A program made the position numbers and the translations under genes. A stretch of 64,000 nucleotides of DNA from Raja brachyura. Taxonomy: Eukaryota. Shown piece after piece: positions 36,814 to 50,684 of this stretch. Below the pieces are notes generated by a model, which saw nothing but the letters and a program-made list of their open reading frames with translations, had not been told where the DNA came from and ran no database searches. Position 1 is the first letter of the stretch. Every line of letters begins with the position of its first letter. Where the stretch lies: contig OY740806.1 in NCBI GenBank assembly GCA_963514005.1, positions 28,458,001-28,522,000 on the forward strand, written 5' to 3'.

Positions 36814-37023
36814 CAAGGGATCCCAACCAGAGGGTAAATTTCACTTACCCAGGGGGTAAATTTGATGATTCTGGATTGGTACGTATTTTTTCTCATTGAC
36901 TGACTGTGTTTGGTTCTGGTATACTGTTCATCATTAGTTGTTCATAAATAAGTGAAATAAAATTGTCATGCGCTATTAGAGATGCCTGGGGTAAATGGGA
37001 TGGAAAAGGGTTGGGAACCCCTG
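36814..37023. mobile_element. hAT-Charlie-like MITE
   Basis: TIRs caagggatcccaacc / ggttgggaacccctg. 8-bp flanks agctcggg and atctaggg match at 6 of 8. Confidence 0.7.
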
Positions 37024-39339
37024 ATCTAGGGTGTTCGTGTTGGTCTCATGGAATTCCTGGCTAATATTTGAAAATAAATGACTAGACCATCCTCTCTGGC
37101 CATTGTCACAATAACGTTCATGGGATCTTGTTCAGTACAAATTGCATCCTATAAGGAGAAACATCCCTTGAAGGTTCATGAGTAAGTGAGGAGGCCAGAA
37201 AATTGGAAACAAAATGGAGGGAAAAGCCAAGCAATCAAACTGTCATGTGTGAGGCAATTAAGTTACTAGGCCAGGACCTTGGCTCTGAAAAGGTTTGTCC
37301 GCTGATTAAAGAGATTTGAACTGCTAATGGTTTAGAAATGGTGCAAATAATCCCAAAAGTGATTGTAATCGTTGCATATTCTAATCTCACAGAGGATGCT
37401 TTAAAATTGAGCATAGGGAGTGGCTTGAGATACAGAGAGGGAGGAGGCAGAGGAAGTAGAGAACAAGAACAAATGTCAGGACATTGAGTAAAATACAAAA
37501 TGTTAGAAAAAATCTGCAGGTCAGGCAGCATCTATGGAGGTAATGGACAAGCTACATTTTGGGTCAGGACCCTTCTTTGGAGTAATTTGCTCGAGATTCC
37601 AGCATCTGCAGTCTCTAGTGTCTCCATAATATGAAGAGGTGGCAAGGACAGTGACAAGAAAGTGAGATATCTGTTTTCTTATTTTATCTGAAAATAACAT
37701 TAAGATCAATTAATATATGAATAAAGCTGTATGGCAGGTATTATCAACTGAATTAAAAGCCAATCACATTGTACATATCCACACCCTTTCTCACATCAGA
37801 CTGCTGAATGCTAACAATGGAAATACACTAAAATGTAAAATTAACTCCAATTCGTATTCCATTTAGTGCTATACAAGGGGAGCAGTATGACAGCACGTTG
37901 TGCATTCATTTCACTTCTGCTGCGCAATGACTCAAGGGTGACTATTGTGAGCTGAATAATAAGCTACAAAGCAAGTAATGGAAAATTTCTTAATGGGATC
38001 ATTTGTTTAACAGGAACATTTGCTCGACTGCTGATTCAACAGTGTGCAGCTTTTTGTTAAATAGGAATCAAGTAAAAGAAATGTTCATCACTTGCTGCTG
38101 GAATGTCCAATTAACAAGGCATCAAAGCTGAAAACATTGCTCAAAAGAAAGCTTCTGAATAGACTACAAATATTCTGGAACTCAGAGCGAGTTGTGCCTG
38201 AAAATTCCACACCTCTGATACCAATGGTCTCAGCAAACCCATCAAGAGAAGGCAGCAATCCAGTGGCCAGTGGAAGGGAAAGGAAGATAAATATTGCAGG
38301 GGCGAATGGTTTGTTGCACACCGTGTAATAAACCTCATGTTGCAGCTACTCCTGGTGCGTCAACTCATGTATCAGATTTGGTTTATTATTGTCCCATGTA
38401 CCAAAATACAGAGAGAAACTGTTTGGCAAACTATCCAGGCAGATTGTACCATATATGTGTACAGCAGATAGTGGGAAAGAGAAAATAAACAGAGTGCGAC
38501 GTCTACAGAGAAAGTGCAGGGAAAAAAGTTCAAGGACTGCAGCAAGGTAGATTGTAAGATCTCATATCCTTTGCTTATGAGAGATCCATCTACCAAAGGG
38601 ATAGCAAGACCAGAAAAAAACGATACTTTATTCAATTTTATGCTCCTAATAATTGCTTCAGGTGACTATTCCGTAATAACCAAAACGAACACTAGAAGAA
38701 CACAATGGGTCAAACAGCATTTATGAAGCCAAATGCTTCGGTTAAATTGATTATCATGACATTAAAAACTAATGAGGGAGAAAAATGATTCTGAGGTCAG
38801 TCTGACAAATGAGATCAAATAGTAAGATTAAACAAGCTTACCAGTTTGAAATTTGATCTTTATTTTATGAGGATTTACAATGAGGGATCACGAGAAGAAC
38901 CCCATACAGCCGTTGGTGCGTCAATCTTCAAAGCAGCGGAGTGAAATCACAGGTAATAATGACTGAAGTATAATAGTAAGTTAACAGAGACTAGAACTAC
39001 CAGATGATATTTCATGAGGGTTGGGAGCGGAGGGCATGTAATCCCTCATCGTAAGTCCTCGTAAAATAAATATCAAACGTCAAACTGGTAAGTTCTCGTT
39101 TAACCTTACTATTTTACTTCGGAGTCATGTGAAGATTTCAAAGCTCTGTGATTTCATGCCACAGACCGAAATCCGGGGTTCACACTGCATCGATTGACTC
39201 AAAAGTCAATAAATAATCAATAATGCATCAATCATAACATTGTCAAATGAATAACAGTTTATTTACAAACAAAACAATAACAACCCCTCTAACTCAGGGC
39301 GAAACTATAACAGAACACAAAACAGAATCAGCAAACACC

Positions 39340-40277
39340 CCCAGCCTTGTAATCAGCTTATGATAAAAATTTTGGAAGGTCAGCTCACTGGACCATCCTG
39401 CGGCCACGAGGATATGGTCTATAGGCACGTCCATCACCTTTGCCGCGGAAGTTGATGCCGCCCTGGTGGAATGAGATTTGAATTTATCAGTATCAATCCC
39501 AGCACTTCCCAGAACCTGCTTTAGTCACCTTGAAATTGTTTGCACCGACACCTTACTGTGTGTTTTGTTGTGGCTAATAATTAATGCAGATAATAGGGCT
39601 CTGGTGGCCTCAATATAATGAGATAAATGTGAAACTACACGCAGGCGAGCATCTGTGGGGTATGCTGAAAACACAATCTTACATCTTGTCATGCCTATTC
39701 TACTATGTTTGAGCAGATCATAGACATAAAAAGTAATGGTATCTGCCGATACCTGCATTCTGTCTAGCTGTAGCTTTTGCAATGTTTGCACACGTTGGGC
39801 TGAAACCAACGCCATAAGCATGACCACCTTCATGGTTAGTTTGGCTAGAGATAGGCTTGTAACAGGAGTCCACTGGCAAAGAAGCATAAGAACTTTGCTC
39901 ACATTCCAAATACCGGCATACCTAGGTTTAGGAGGATTAGAATTGAAAACTCCCTTCATAAATCGAGAAACTAACGGATGTGTCCCTACTGAATGTAACT
40001 CTGAACTCATGGGTAAATAAGAAGACAGAGCACTTCTGGCTGTATTTATCGCACTATAGCTTAATTTTTGATCAAAGTAAAGAGTGGACAAAAACTCCAG
40101 TACATCTGTGATCCCTGCAGTTTGATATGAGCTATTCTGCTGTAGACAGAATACCTCCCATTTCCTTATCAAGGTGATGTACTGCTTCTGAGTACTATCC
40201 CTGCAGGCCGACGTGAGAACATCCACGGTAGGATCAGACGGTTCTCTCCCCAGGTATGGTATCCTTAAAATCTGCAA
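39340..40277 (-). pseudogene. DIRS tyrosine recombinase with SAM-like N-terminal domain, interrupted by a stop
   Basis: LSYSAINTARSALS, LMALVSAQRVQTL, and after the stop FKSHSTRAASTS...AAGWSSELTFQNFY (RHRY tetrad). Confidence 0.9.
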
Positions 40278-40295
40278 ATTAACAGATCAATACAA

Positions 40296-40690
40296 TCATG
40301 TTAACATGTCAATATGATCATTGCCAGTTACTGGATTTACCAGTAGATTTTTATGTTTGGGAATAATCATGTAAGGCTGACTAGCCATTTGCAACACGAG
40401 AGGGAACCATGGTTGTGTAGGCCAATCTGGCACTACCAATACTCCTGAAGCGGAGTCCTGCTTGATTTTTTTGCAAGCATTGACTGATGAGACAGAATGG
40501 AGGAAATGCATAGACAAACATTCCACCCCAATGCAGCGAGAATACATCCACCGCTGCTGCACCAGGATCTGGTTCCCATGAAACATATCTGGGCAACTGA
40601 TGGTTTAGTCTAGATGAAAACAAGTCAATATCTGGCATTCCATACTGAGCAACTACTTGATTTAATATGTCCCGATTTAACATCCATTCT
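40296..40690 (-). pseudogene. DIRS DNA N6-adenine methyltransferase-like domain, frameshifted
   Basis: DIDLFSSRLNHQLPRYVSW...VYAFPPF and, in the next frame, LVVPDWPTQPWFP. Confidence 0.85.
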
Positions 40691-40699
40691 ATGTTATCA

Positions 40700-41950
40700 T
40701 TGAATTTCCGTGACCTAATGTCAGCTACTGTGTTGAATCTACCTGGTAAATATATTGCTGAAAGGCAGATATTTTGGTCAATGCACCAGCCCCAGATCTA
40801 ATTAGCCAGTCTATCACAAGACTGTGACTTGACTCCACCCATATGGTTAACATATGCCACTGCTGTAGTGTTGTCAATCTGAACCTGCACATGCAAGTCA
40901 CTCCTGGCAGAGCAATAAGCTTTAAGCCCATACCAGGTTCGCAACAGCTCTAAATAATTGATCCCTCTTAATTGAAGAAGGGATGTCTCATCTGTATTCC
41001 ATCTGCCTCCGTAACTGGAAGACATATCTGTGGCACCCCAACCCAGTCCACTAACATCCGTCTGTAATATTATGGAAGGTGGCTCAACCAAAACCTCCCT
41101 GGAGCTTTTTGAGACATTTATGATCCACCATTGAATGTCTGAAATTGCCCCAGCTGACAATTGCATAGGCCTATCAAAATGACCCGCATGTGTCCTCAGT
41201 GCCTGTTCTTTTGCTCGTTGTAATTGTTGATAATGCAGAGGTCCAAACTGCACAGCTGGAAAAGCAGCCACCAATTTACCAATTAAACTGGCTACTTGTC
41301 TAATTAAAGGTCGTTGTTCACTAAGGAGATTAACACAATCCTCAATTAACTGCTGCCATTTGTCCCTAGGCAAAGTCACTAACATGTGATTTGAATTAAT
41401 GGTAAAGCCAAAATAATCAATGATTTGAACTGGTGATAATTTGGATTTATCTGGATGAATGACGAACCCTAATTGTTCAAAAGTGAGTTTAACAATTGAA
41501 ACAGATGATTCAGCTACAGCCCGAGTCTTCCGAACAATTAAAATATCATCTAAATAGGCCATTACAACATGCCCCTGAGCTCAGAGTAATCCTAGAACAG
41601 GTTTTACCAATTTGGTAAATAATCTAGGAGCTGTAGTTAACCCATTAGGCAATGCTTTGAATTGCCACAACTGACTCATCCAGGTAAATTTTAAATACTT
41701 CCTATCACCACAATGACTAGACACTGAGTAATATGCATCCTTTAAATCAATGCTGGCCATATAACACCCTTTGGAAACCAGATGTTTAGCTGTAGAAAAA
41801 TTTTGAAATGCCTATAGCAAACAAAGGAGTTCAAGCTTGTCAGGTCTAGAATTATTCTACATCCCCCAGTCTTTTTAGAGAAAAATAGGAAAAATACTTG
41901 ACACAAACTGACGTTTTTGACAAACTGACTTCTCAATAAACTTGAATGAG
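40700..41950 (-). pseudogene. DIRS reverse transcriptase / RNase H, disrupted
   Basis: GGCRIILDL, IDLKDAYYSV, LPNGLTTAPRLFTK, AYLDDILI, TDVSGLGWG, INYLEL and DNTTAVAYVNHMGG. Confidence 0.92.
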
Positions 41951-42149
41951 CACATTCTCTTCTTCTGAAAATATAATTTTCCGACTTGGAACATGCTGAT
42001 TAGGTGGACACACAGTAGAGTAAAATTCAATTTGAACCCACTCTATACTACTCAGTATAAATTAATCTGATGTTATCTCCTGCCATTGTTTGGGAAACGA
42101 GTGTAATCTGCCCCCAATTTGAACATCTATTTCACTTGATTCACTTTCT

Positions 42150-43290
42150 TTAAGAGGAAAATGTCTCACCTGCATACGTCCTGGCTGCCCTTGTTGCCCC
42201 CGGCCTTTTGTGGGGAAAGTCATCCTTCCCCTCACGCCTGTGGCAGGCTGCCAGCTCCGAGACTGTGAAGCTGAGTGGCTGGTCCCTTCCCCGGCGTCCA
42301 TAATGGTACACCGCCGGTAAGGAAAAACCCTCTTTCCTAGTTTGCCACCCACCCAGCTTGATGAGGCTCATAGTTTTAGCGTCCTCATGGAGTTCTTTAA
42401 CTCGCTTGGCGAGATCTCCGCCAAATAAAAGATTAGGCGGTTGTGCGCTGGGCGGTTTACACAATGATGCCAGATTAGGATTAATAACTGGCCGAATAGC
42501 ACTTCGTCTTATATTGTTTATTTCAAAATAGGCACTACACAGAAGTCCCAGTGCATCTTGGTAAGCTTCCGACATATGCCCCTTGTCTACTGTAATAGAA
42601 AATGCCGTAAGCCCTGCTGAAAGTAATTTCAATATCTTTTGGAACTTTAGTTCTTGGGATCTTGCTGACACCCCCAACTGTATCCAAATAAGATGGTTTA
42701 CCATTGGTACTTTCAGTAAACCGCAATTGATAGGGGCTTCATACTTTTTAGCCGCCTCATCCATGGCCAATTCTTGCAGCTGATGAGAGGGCATATATTG
42801 GATGGCTGATGCCAATTCTTCCCCTAACGGCTCTCCTGCCTCTCTCGGGAATGTAAATTTCTCAGCTATATTCGGGATCACTTCAAGTTCCACTCCCTTG
42901 TGGCTCTCCCCAGCCACTGATTCAGCGTCAGTATACCCTCCTCAAAAGTTGAGTATTCTTGCAGTGGGTATCCACTGGCCTGGCGTGGGCACCACTCCTC
43001 CTCACGGAGTTCGTCCCTGTCGAGCATCTTCTGTAATAAGACCCCGACCTGGGAGATCCGTGAGCAAACGGTCTCTCCTTTTGAGGATAAAACCTCCATG
43101 CCCGACTCTGGGTCAACGGGCCTATTTGATTTTGTAGTAGCCTTACGCCCTACCGGCATGGCTCCGCTGCTCACAGGCAGCAGGTCCGGTATAGCTAGCT
43201 CCATTGCTGGCGTCAGACTTGGTGTCCTAAGCGGGCATCCGCTAACAATACTATCACGGTCCTCGACCCTTTTCCCTGTGGATCGCCATC
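42150..43290 (-). pseudogene. DIRS gag-like ORF1, frameshifted
   Basis: Lies upstream of RT. PINCGLLKVPMVNHLIW, RRSAIRPVINP and LFGGDL motifs resemble DIRS gag. Confidence 0.75.
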
Positions 43291-45261
43291 GTTGACACCT
43301 TCTTCACTTTCTGTAACATTTTAATGGTGTATACTCTACCGCTGAAACAGAAAATGAACGCAAGAAAAGTTTGAAACTTACCTTGTGTTTTTAAACTTAC
43401 CGCTTGGAGGAGCTCTGCTGCTCCAACCGGCCGACTGCACCAATGCGTCTGACGTAATGACGCACCAACGGCTGTACGGAGTTCTTCACATAGTCACTCA
43501 CGTGACTCCAAAGTAAAATCAAACGTTATGAGCTTATACAGCGTGGAAATAGGCCCTTCGGCCCAACTTGCTCACATCGGCCAACATGTCCCAGCTACAG
43601 TAGTCCCACCTCCCCGCGTTTGGCCCATATACTTCTTGGATATAATAGAGAAAGAATGCAGCTAAAAAAAAAAGGCAAGACATGGACAATAATAATAGGA
43701 AACAAGAAATGGCAGATGTTACATAAGGATTTACATTTGACTTCATGGTTACAACAAACATCCCAAAGATAGCAACGTTTTGTTTGCTAGTTTTCTAGAG
43801 AGCAGTCCTGAACTACCATCTTTTCATGGGGACTCTCGGACTATCTTTGATTGGAATTTACTGCTCTAAACGTTATTCACGTTATTCTTGCTCTAAACGT
43901 TATTCATGTTATTCCCTTATGTTTTTGTATACTGTGGATAGCTTGATTGTAATCATGTATTGTCTTTCCGCTGATTGGTGGGCACGCAACAAAAGCTTTT
44001 CACTGTACCTCAATACACGTGAACAATTAACTAAACTCTCAACTTATACAGAACTTGCAACAATCTTTATCATGAGGAGCAAGGTATTGGAAAAACTTGC
44101 GGAACTATACATTCACCTTTATCGCTAAGAGTTGAGGCCTGGGATAGATCAGCCATGATGATATTGGATTTTAGAGCAGGCTTAAGTGGCCAACTCCTGA
44201 TCTTATTCTCTTATGTGTAAAAGAGAGATAAAAATTAGCAAATTAAGTGGGGCATGTTTGACTACAGGGCAAAAATGAAGATTGTTCATTAAACAGTATA
44301 AGATTCCTTTCAACATTTTAATATATTAGTCAGTGTGGCACATGTTAACTTAATCAATCTGGGATTCAGTCCAAGTCCTTTATAATCATCAAAGCCCCAA
44401 GGAAAATACTGAGCACCCAGATGAATGTTTGGGCCTTTGCAATGACAGGGGCAACAGTACATTATGTCGTCACTATTTCACATTGTTGCCTTCCAGCTGC
44501 AAATGCCATCTGCCAGATAAAGCAAAGAGTAGCATTCATGCATTAACAAAACCGTGTGAAATGAGAGCCGCAAGGGGAGAGAGCTAGAAGGATCAGAAGA
44601 TGGTTTGGTGTTAGGGATTATCTAGTCCATGAAGGAACTGACTGGGTCCAAGAAGCACAGCAATTATCTCCTGTACACACATATGGTACAATCTGCCTGG
44701 ATAGTTTGCCAAACATAAATTTCAACCGATGTGCACTGAGATGGGACAGCAGTCAATGGAGACAAGAAACAAATGACTGGAAAAACTCACCCAAATCAGG
44801 CAACATCTGAGGAAGCAAAGGGATGGTCAACATTTCAGGTCAAAATCATGCATCTTGTGTTGCTAGTTTATAACGACTGTTGTAGTAAATTCCGGCCACT
44901 TTGTCCAATAAATGTTAGCAAGTAACATTTCTCAGATGCAAATGCCAGAGAGTCTCTAGGATCCAGCCTGTGGCCTTCGGCAAGCATCACTTGTGGTCAG
45001 GTCTGCTTCTCAAATGCAAAACGCACATACCTGCAAAACCTTTCCCAAAATGTAGATTATATTCCAGCAGCTCCAAATGAATTTGGAAAAATGACCTAAA
45101 GGTGCACAGGAGGCTGCAGAGTTGTGTAAATGATAAAGATTCATATTATAAACTGAAACTGTCCTATAACTCAAAGAAGTTATCTTTCTAGCATCTGCAG
45201 TTCTTTCTTAAACAATATAACTCAAAGATGCTTTTCCTATAGGAAACAGAGTCCTGGAATC

Positions 45262-45545
45262 ACAGAACAGGCCCTTCAGCCTAACAAGTCCACGCAGACC
45301 ATTAAATTGCCCATTTTTATTGCTCCCACACTAATCCCATTTTATAATTCCATCAACTCCTGCCAGATTCGACCCATCAACTATATTCTCGGGGCAATTT
45401 ACAGCTGCCAAGTTACCTATCAACCCAGATGTTTTGGGGCAGGAGGTGGTAGGAACCTGAACACCTCGAGGAAACCTATGCTGGAGAATAGAGGTCAGGA
45501 TTGAACCTGAGTTGCTGGAGCTGGACTTGCTATGCTGCTTTGACA
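45262..45545 (-). mobile_element. Decayed HE1/V-SINE
   Basis: Reverse-complement tail aacaggcccttcagcc and head caggattgaacctgagttgctggagctg. Confidence 0.6.
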
Positions 45546-46444
45546 TCCCCATTATTCCAACAAATCTCCAGTTTTAACCACAAGCTGTCTTGATTTCTGG
45601 CATCTCACCCATGCACTGTCTGCTTTGAATCTCCTTCAATGGTAAAGACAGACAGAATTGCAATATTTCCCACAGCTGAGATAGATGGAGCTGTGGAGGA
45701 GCAGAGGGACCTGGGATTCAACATGCACAATTCAGCACAAGCTAGTGAACAGATGCAAAGCATAACAGAATATTGGCCTTTAACTCAAGAAGGGCAGTAA
45801 TACAAAAGTTAGGAATTTAAATTGCACTGCAACTGACGGCAGTCATATGTCAACTGCAATATTACTTTTCATCGTGCCCAGAGAAACATAAGGAAAGATA
45901 CAGTATGAATAGCACAGACTCACTACAAAGACAGAGACTGGCAACATTATATGGATTGTTCATTCATTTACTCGATGCAACATTGCTGATAAGCCAATAT
46001 TTATTGGTCACTCTGATTGCTCTTGCCTGGCACTTGCCAAAAAAAGCGCTTAAGGGACAATTATAGTGCTATGTGTCTGGCTTACACGTAGGGCAGACAG
46101 GTAGAGGTAGCAGATTTCCTTCCCCAAATGATTTAAGAGCACTATGTTCACAGTAGCTGCCCCAAGCTTTTTATTCCATATTTATTTGGTTAATGAAATT
46201 TAAATCCTCCACTTCTTAGAAGGGGAGATGAACAGTATCTTCAAATGGAGTTACTGGATACTGAAGGATGGAACCAGCAGATTTAAAAATTTGATTTGTT
46301 CTCCCATTGATTTATTTGCCTTCCTTGTGAGTGTGGCACTATGTTAGGACAGCAACATTATATCACTTTCTATCACTCCTGAAGTGTTGAGTGGACAGAA
46401 TGGGTAAGTACAGTACCAGAAGATTCTGGTCTAATGTTGCATGT

Positions 46445-47290
46445 CAGAGAAGGTTCAACTTCTCCAGTTTCTCTCACCAGTTTCCGGATATTCTGAAGCC
46501 ACAACTTTAAATTCCTATAAACATGCTACTACATACCCCATTGTTACATGACCCCAACTCAATTATAAACTGCCCCTCCTTGCCTACCTTTCGATGCTCT
46601 CATTCTAAAATCCCGTCACTTACCAGCACATTCCAGTCTTGTTTGCTTTCTGGAGCTCCTCTTGTCTTTTCTCACATCAACGGTGTTACAAGGTTTACCT
46701 GCCACAGCTCAAGTCCATCCTTTAACTGTACAGCATTGCTTGTGTGCTCCAGCATTCATGTTATAGTTGTTTCCGGGATGCTGAGCCAAACACATTGTCA
46801 GCAATAGGTGGCCTTTAAAATCTTTTATAAGCTGTTCATGTTTAATAAGTTGTAATCATCCATGTCAGATCCATTTCTTGCGATATCTCTGTTTCTTTCA
46901 ACTCCTCCGCTTTTCCACAATAGATAGGACACAGAGCTATCATCCTTTCATATGATGTTATCAGCAATGCCATCGGCATTAGATCACATGGCCATGAAAG
47001 CCCCGTTACATTCTTAAATGTACTCGGTTCCGTTATCCAAGTTAACAATATAGATTGTAAATAGTGGAGGCTCCACTAGACACTGACCTCTAATCCTAAA
47101 TTGACTTGTTGAGCCTGACTCCTAGGTTAATCCCTGGTACATTAACCCCTCACCTGTGCACCCTTGCCTTGTGCAGGAACCTCTCTGTCACTTTGTCATT
47201 TGTCTTGTGGACATCTAAATCCACCAGATCTATCTGTTCTCTTTTACTGCAATGTAAACAGTAGTCCATTAAACATAATTGTTCTTTAAG
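46445..47290 (-). mobile_element. Highly decayed CR1 RT fragment
   Basis: Remnant DLVDLDVHKTNDKV (DFQKAFDKV-like) and neighbouring CR1-like sequence. Confidence 0.5.
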
Positions 47291-48554
47291 CCAAAGGCCA
47301 CATTCTCTGAATGATGGAAGGATTGGACTCTGCATCAGGGAAGAACAAAACTTTGTTGTGTTGGCAGTGTGATAAGGCTTGGAGATGCCCAGCATCAAGA
47401 CTGGATTAAATCTGCCTGCAAACATCATGTGGGGCGCCACGGCTGTGGTGCTGAGCGGCGGCTGAGAGCACTGTCTGAGATGGGCAAAGCTTCCTCCTCT
47501 TGCTGAGTGGGCAGGTGTCACAGGGGAAGGTCTCCTCTCTCCAACCACATGCAGAGTCCTGTCACATCCCCCATCACATGTCAAGATGTGGCACAGCTTT
47601 GCTGACTTGAAATTAACACCAAGCTGCTTGTGAATTTAATGTAGATGTGGAGAAAATCCCAGCTTGATCCTGGCCTCTGGCCCTCATCCACAGATGCACA
47701 GAGGCAGCTTGTAGATCCTGTGTTCCTGCCATTTCCTCTCTGTGAAACACACATTGCAAGGGAATTGGGCTGGAGGGTGAGCAGGTGGGGGAAGCATTTC
47801 TAATACATTGACCTCACAGCTCCAGGGTTTCCTCGGCATGGACTGATGTTGTGTATTCGAGGAATTTCATTCTGGTTTGATAAGAATTAAACTGGTGCCT
47901 GAATGTAAAGGTTGAATTTAAGTTAAAGTGTAGACTGTGTGTTAGAACTGTTTACAGAACTGATTGAACATCTCAAATGCTTTCCCTGATGTGTTGTATT
48001 ATTCAGTAGCACTTAGAACAGCAGCGGTGGGGAACTGCTGGCAGAGTTGTGAGGATCACCTCCCTCTGTTGTGGAGACCAGTTGGAATCGGGGAACCACT
48101 TCTGATTTATACTGCACCAATACTACATCCCACATTGATAACTAAAGCAATATCTCCCTCCAGAACAAGGAATTGTACTACAGGCATACAAATCCGAAGA
48201 ACAGCACGTCACTTTCCCCTTGGGTAGCCCACAATTCAAAGGCATGAACATTGAATTATCCAATTGCTCCCAGCTTTTTCACACAAAGGGTGCTGGCTGT
48301 ATAGAATGAACTGCCAAATGAAATGGTTGAGACAAGTACTACAACAACATTTAAAATACATTGGATGGATACATGGAGAGGAAGGTTTCAAGGAACATGA
48401 CCAAATGGTACTATGCTCACTGAACTAAAAACAGGCTGACAGTACAACCCTGAGGGTGAGTTTCCTGGTCATTGGTGCCATCTTTTTGTTGAGACAGTAA
48501 CATTTAAAAGAAGGACAGGAATTAACCCTGGTATCACGGAACAAATATTTCTGC

Positions 48555-49665
48555 ATCAAACTCATATTCATAGACTACAGCTCTGTTTTCACTACCATTA
48601 TCCCATGTAAGCTCAATACATTTGTTGAACTTGGAGTCAGCATTCCCCTCTACAACTGGATTCTCGACTTCCTGGCCAACAAGACCACAATCAATGAGGT
48701 TCGGTGACAAATCATTCTCTACGATAATCTTCAACACAGGTTCCCTGCAAGGATGCCTTCTCAGCCCCCTTCTATACTCCTTATACACTCATCACTTTGC
48801 AGCCAAATACCAATCCAACTCAATTTACAAATTTGCAGGTGACACCGTGGGCTGGATATCAGATAAAGACGAGACGGAGTTCAAGAAGGAGATTGAGAAC
48901 CTCCTAACCTGGTTCCAAGACAAAAAACCCTCCCTCAATGTCAGTAAGGCAAAGGTTATTAACTTCAGAAAGCAAAGCTGTACACGCATTAATTGATGGC
49001 ACCGATGTAGAGATTGTTGAAAATGTAGGAATAAATATCAGCAGCAATTTGTCCTGGACCAGCTGCATCGAAGCTATGGCCAAGAAAGTACAACACCTTG
49101 ACTTCCTTAGGTTTAGGAAGTTTGGTATGTCCCCAACAACCCACACTAACATCTACAGATAAACCATAGAAAGCATTTTATCACGATGCATCACAGCATG
49201 GTTTGGGAACAACTCCATTAAAGACTGCAAGAAACCAACCTCCATTTCATTGACTCCATCGACGCTTCACGCTGCCTCGGCAAGGCCACCAGCATAATCA
49301 AGGACCCATCTTACCTCTCTCACTCCCTCTTCACCCCTCTATCATCAAGCAAGAGGTATAGAAGTGTTCCTCCAGATTCAGGAACAGTTTCTTCCCAGCT
49401 GTCATCAGGCAACTGAACCATCCTCTCACCAACTAGAGAGCAATCCTAACCACCCATCTACCTCATTGGAGACCTTCGAACTATCTTTAATCAGACTTTA
49501 TAGACTTTATCTTGCACTAAACGTCATACCCTTTATCCCGTATCTGTATACCGTGGACGGCTTGAATGTAATCATGTATTAGTCCATTCGTTGACTGAAT
49601 AGCATGAAACAAAAGGCTTTTCATTGTAACACGGTACATGTGACAATAATAAACTAAATTAAACT
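48555..49665 (+). mobile_element. Decayed Rex1/Babar LINE (RT plus 3' end)
   Basis: FIDYSSVFTTIIP, RPQSMRFG, NTGSLQGCLLSPLLYSLYTH, YKFAGDT and a 3'UTR ending gtgacaataataaactaaa. Confidence 0.9.
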
Positions 49666-50684
49666 CAACCAACATCTCAAAAGCAGTCTATTTTACATTG
49701 TCATACGTGGAAGTTTGCTGTGAGCAAGTTGAATGCTGCAATTACACTTGACAATATGCTTGTAGATTCTATTCTTGTGATCTGTGGCACCCCTCCTCAG
49801 ATTGTGATATCTTACTTGCAGGGAAAATTAATTTCCCCCAACAATAAGAAAACCTGTACAACAAATAAGACTGAACAATTAGCCGTAGAACTTATCAAGA
49901 TGTTATGCCTTATTGATATTTCAATGTCCCCTGCCACTTTGGCCAGTTAACTGAGATATAGGTGGATTACACTTACTTTGAGTAAGCTCTAACAGAAAGA
50001 AATATGTGCCTAGCTGTTGAGGGTCAGACCCAGGTGAACAAGGGAATGAGCTTGAGGAGATGAACCATCTATTGCATTTCCAATATCTGGCTAACGTACA
50101 AATCTCTCACAATGCTTGTCATTTTTCATTCTTGAAGCTCTGAAGATCATGCAACTATTTCACCCAAAGCAAATAAATCATCTTAATTAATTGCTTTTGC
50201 CAGAGAAAATTGCCTGGTAATGTTATTTGGTCTTATTTTGTTGAATTAGCAGAAATGTGCTTTGTATCTGCACTGATAGCTCCGCACTCCTGGGATAATA
50301 ATTATTGAACAGGAATGAACGTTCCCCTGGCAACTCGGCACTTGAAATGTTGCATTGCATTCTGCATCCTAGGTTTGAATGATGTTGAACAGATGAGGCT
50401 AACTTAAAACACTCTAGGAAACAAATGCCACAGCTTTCCAACTGGAGAGTAATCCTATATACCATTAAACAATGATGATCAAATGAACCAGCTGCTCTGA
50501 ATTATAATTGACTTTGCATGACTAATGTAGGCACACTTAACGAGATGAACACATGCAGAGCCCTGGAGACCTCATCTGGACGACAATGCATACATCACGG
50601 TTAGAACGCTGTCACTTTCACTTAGGCAGTAAATCATACTGGAGTGAAGCTTTAATGAGAGTGGCATGGAGGAAAAGAAGTAAA

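Larger units (their letters stand above)
38821..43519 (-). mobile_element. Full-length DIRS1-type tyrosine-recombinase retrotransposon
   Basis: ITRs (~38892-38922 vs ~43459-43488), an internal complementary region (~39040-39132) matching both termini, AAT at both junctions, and gag-RT/RH-MT-YR gene order. Confidence 0.95.

Noticed and set aside
39340-40690. Phage integrase plus methyltransferase suggesting prophage or bacterial contamination
   Set aside because: Both are standard DIRS1 domains and lie between the ITRs downstream of RT/RNase H.
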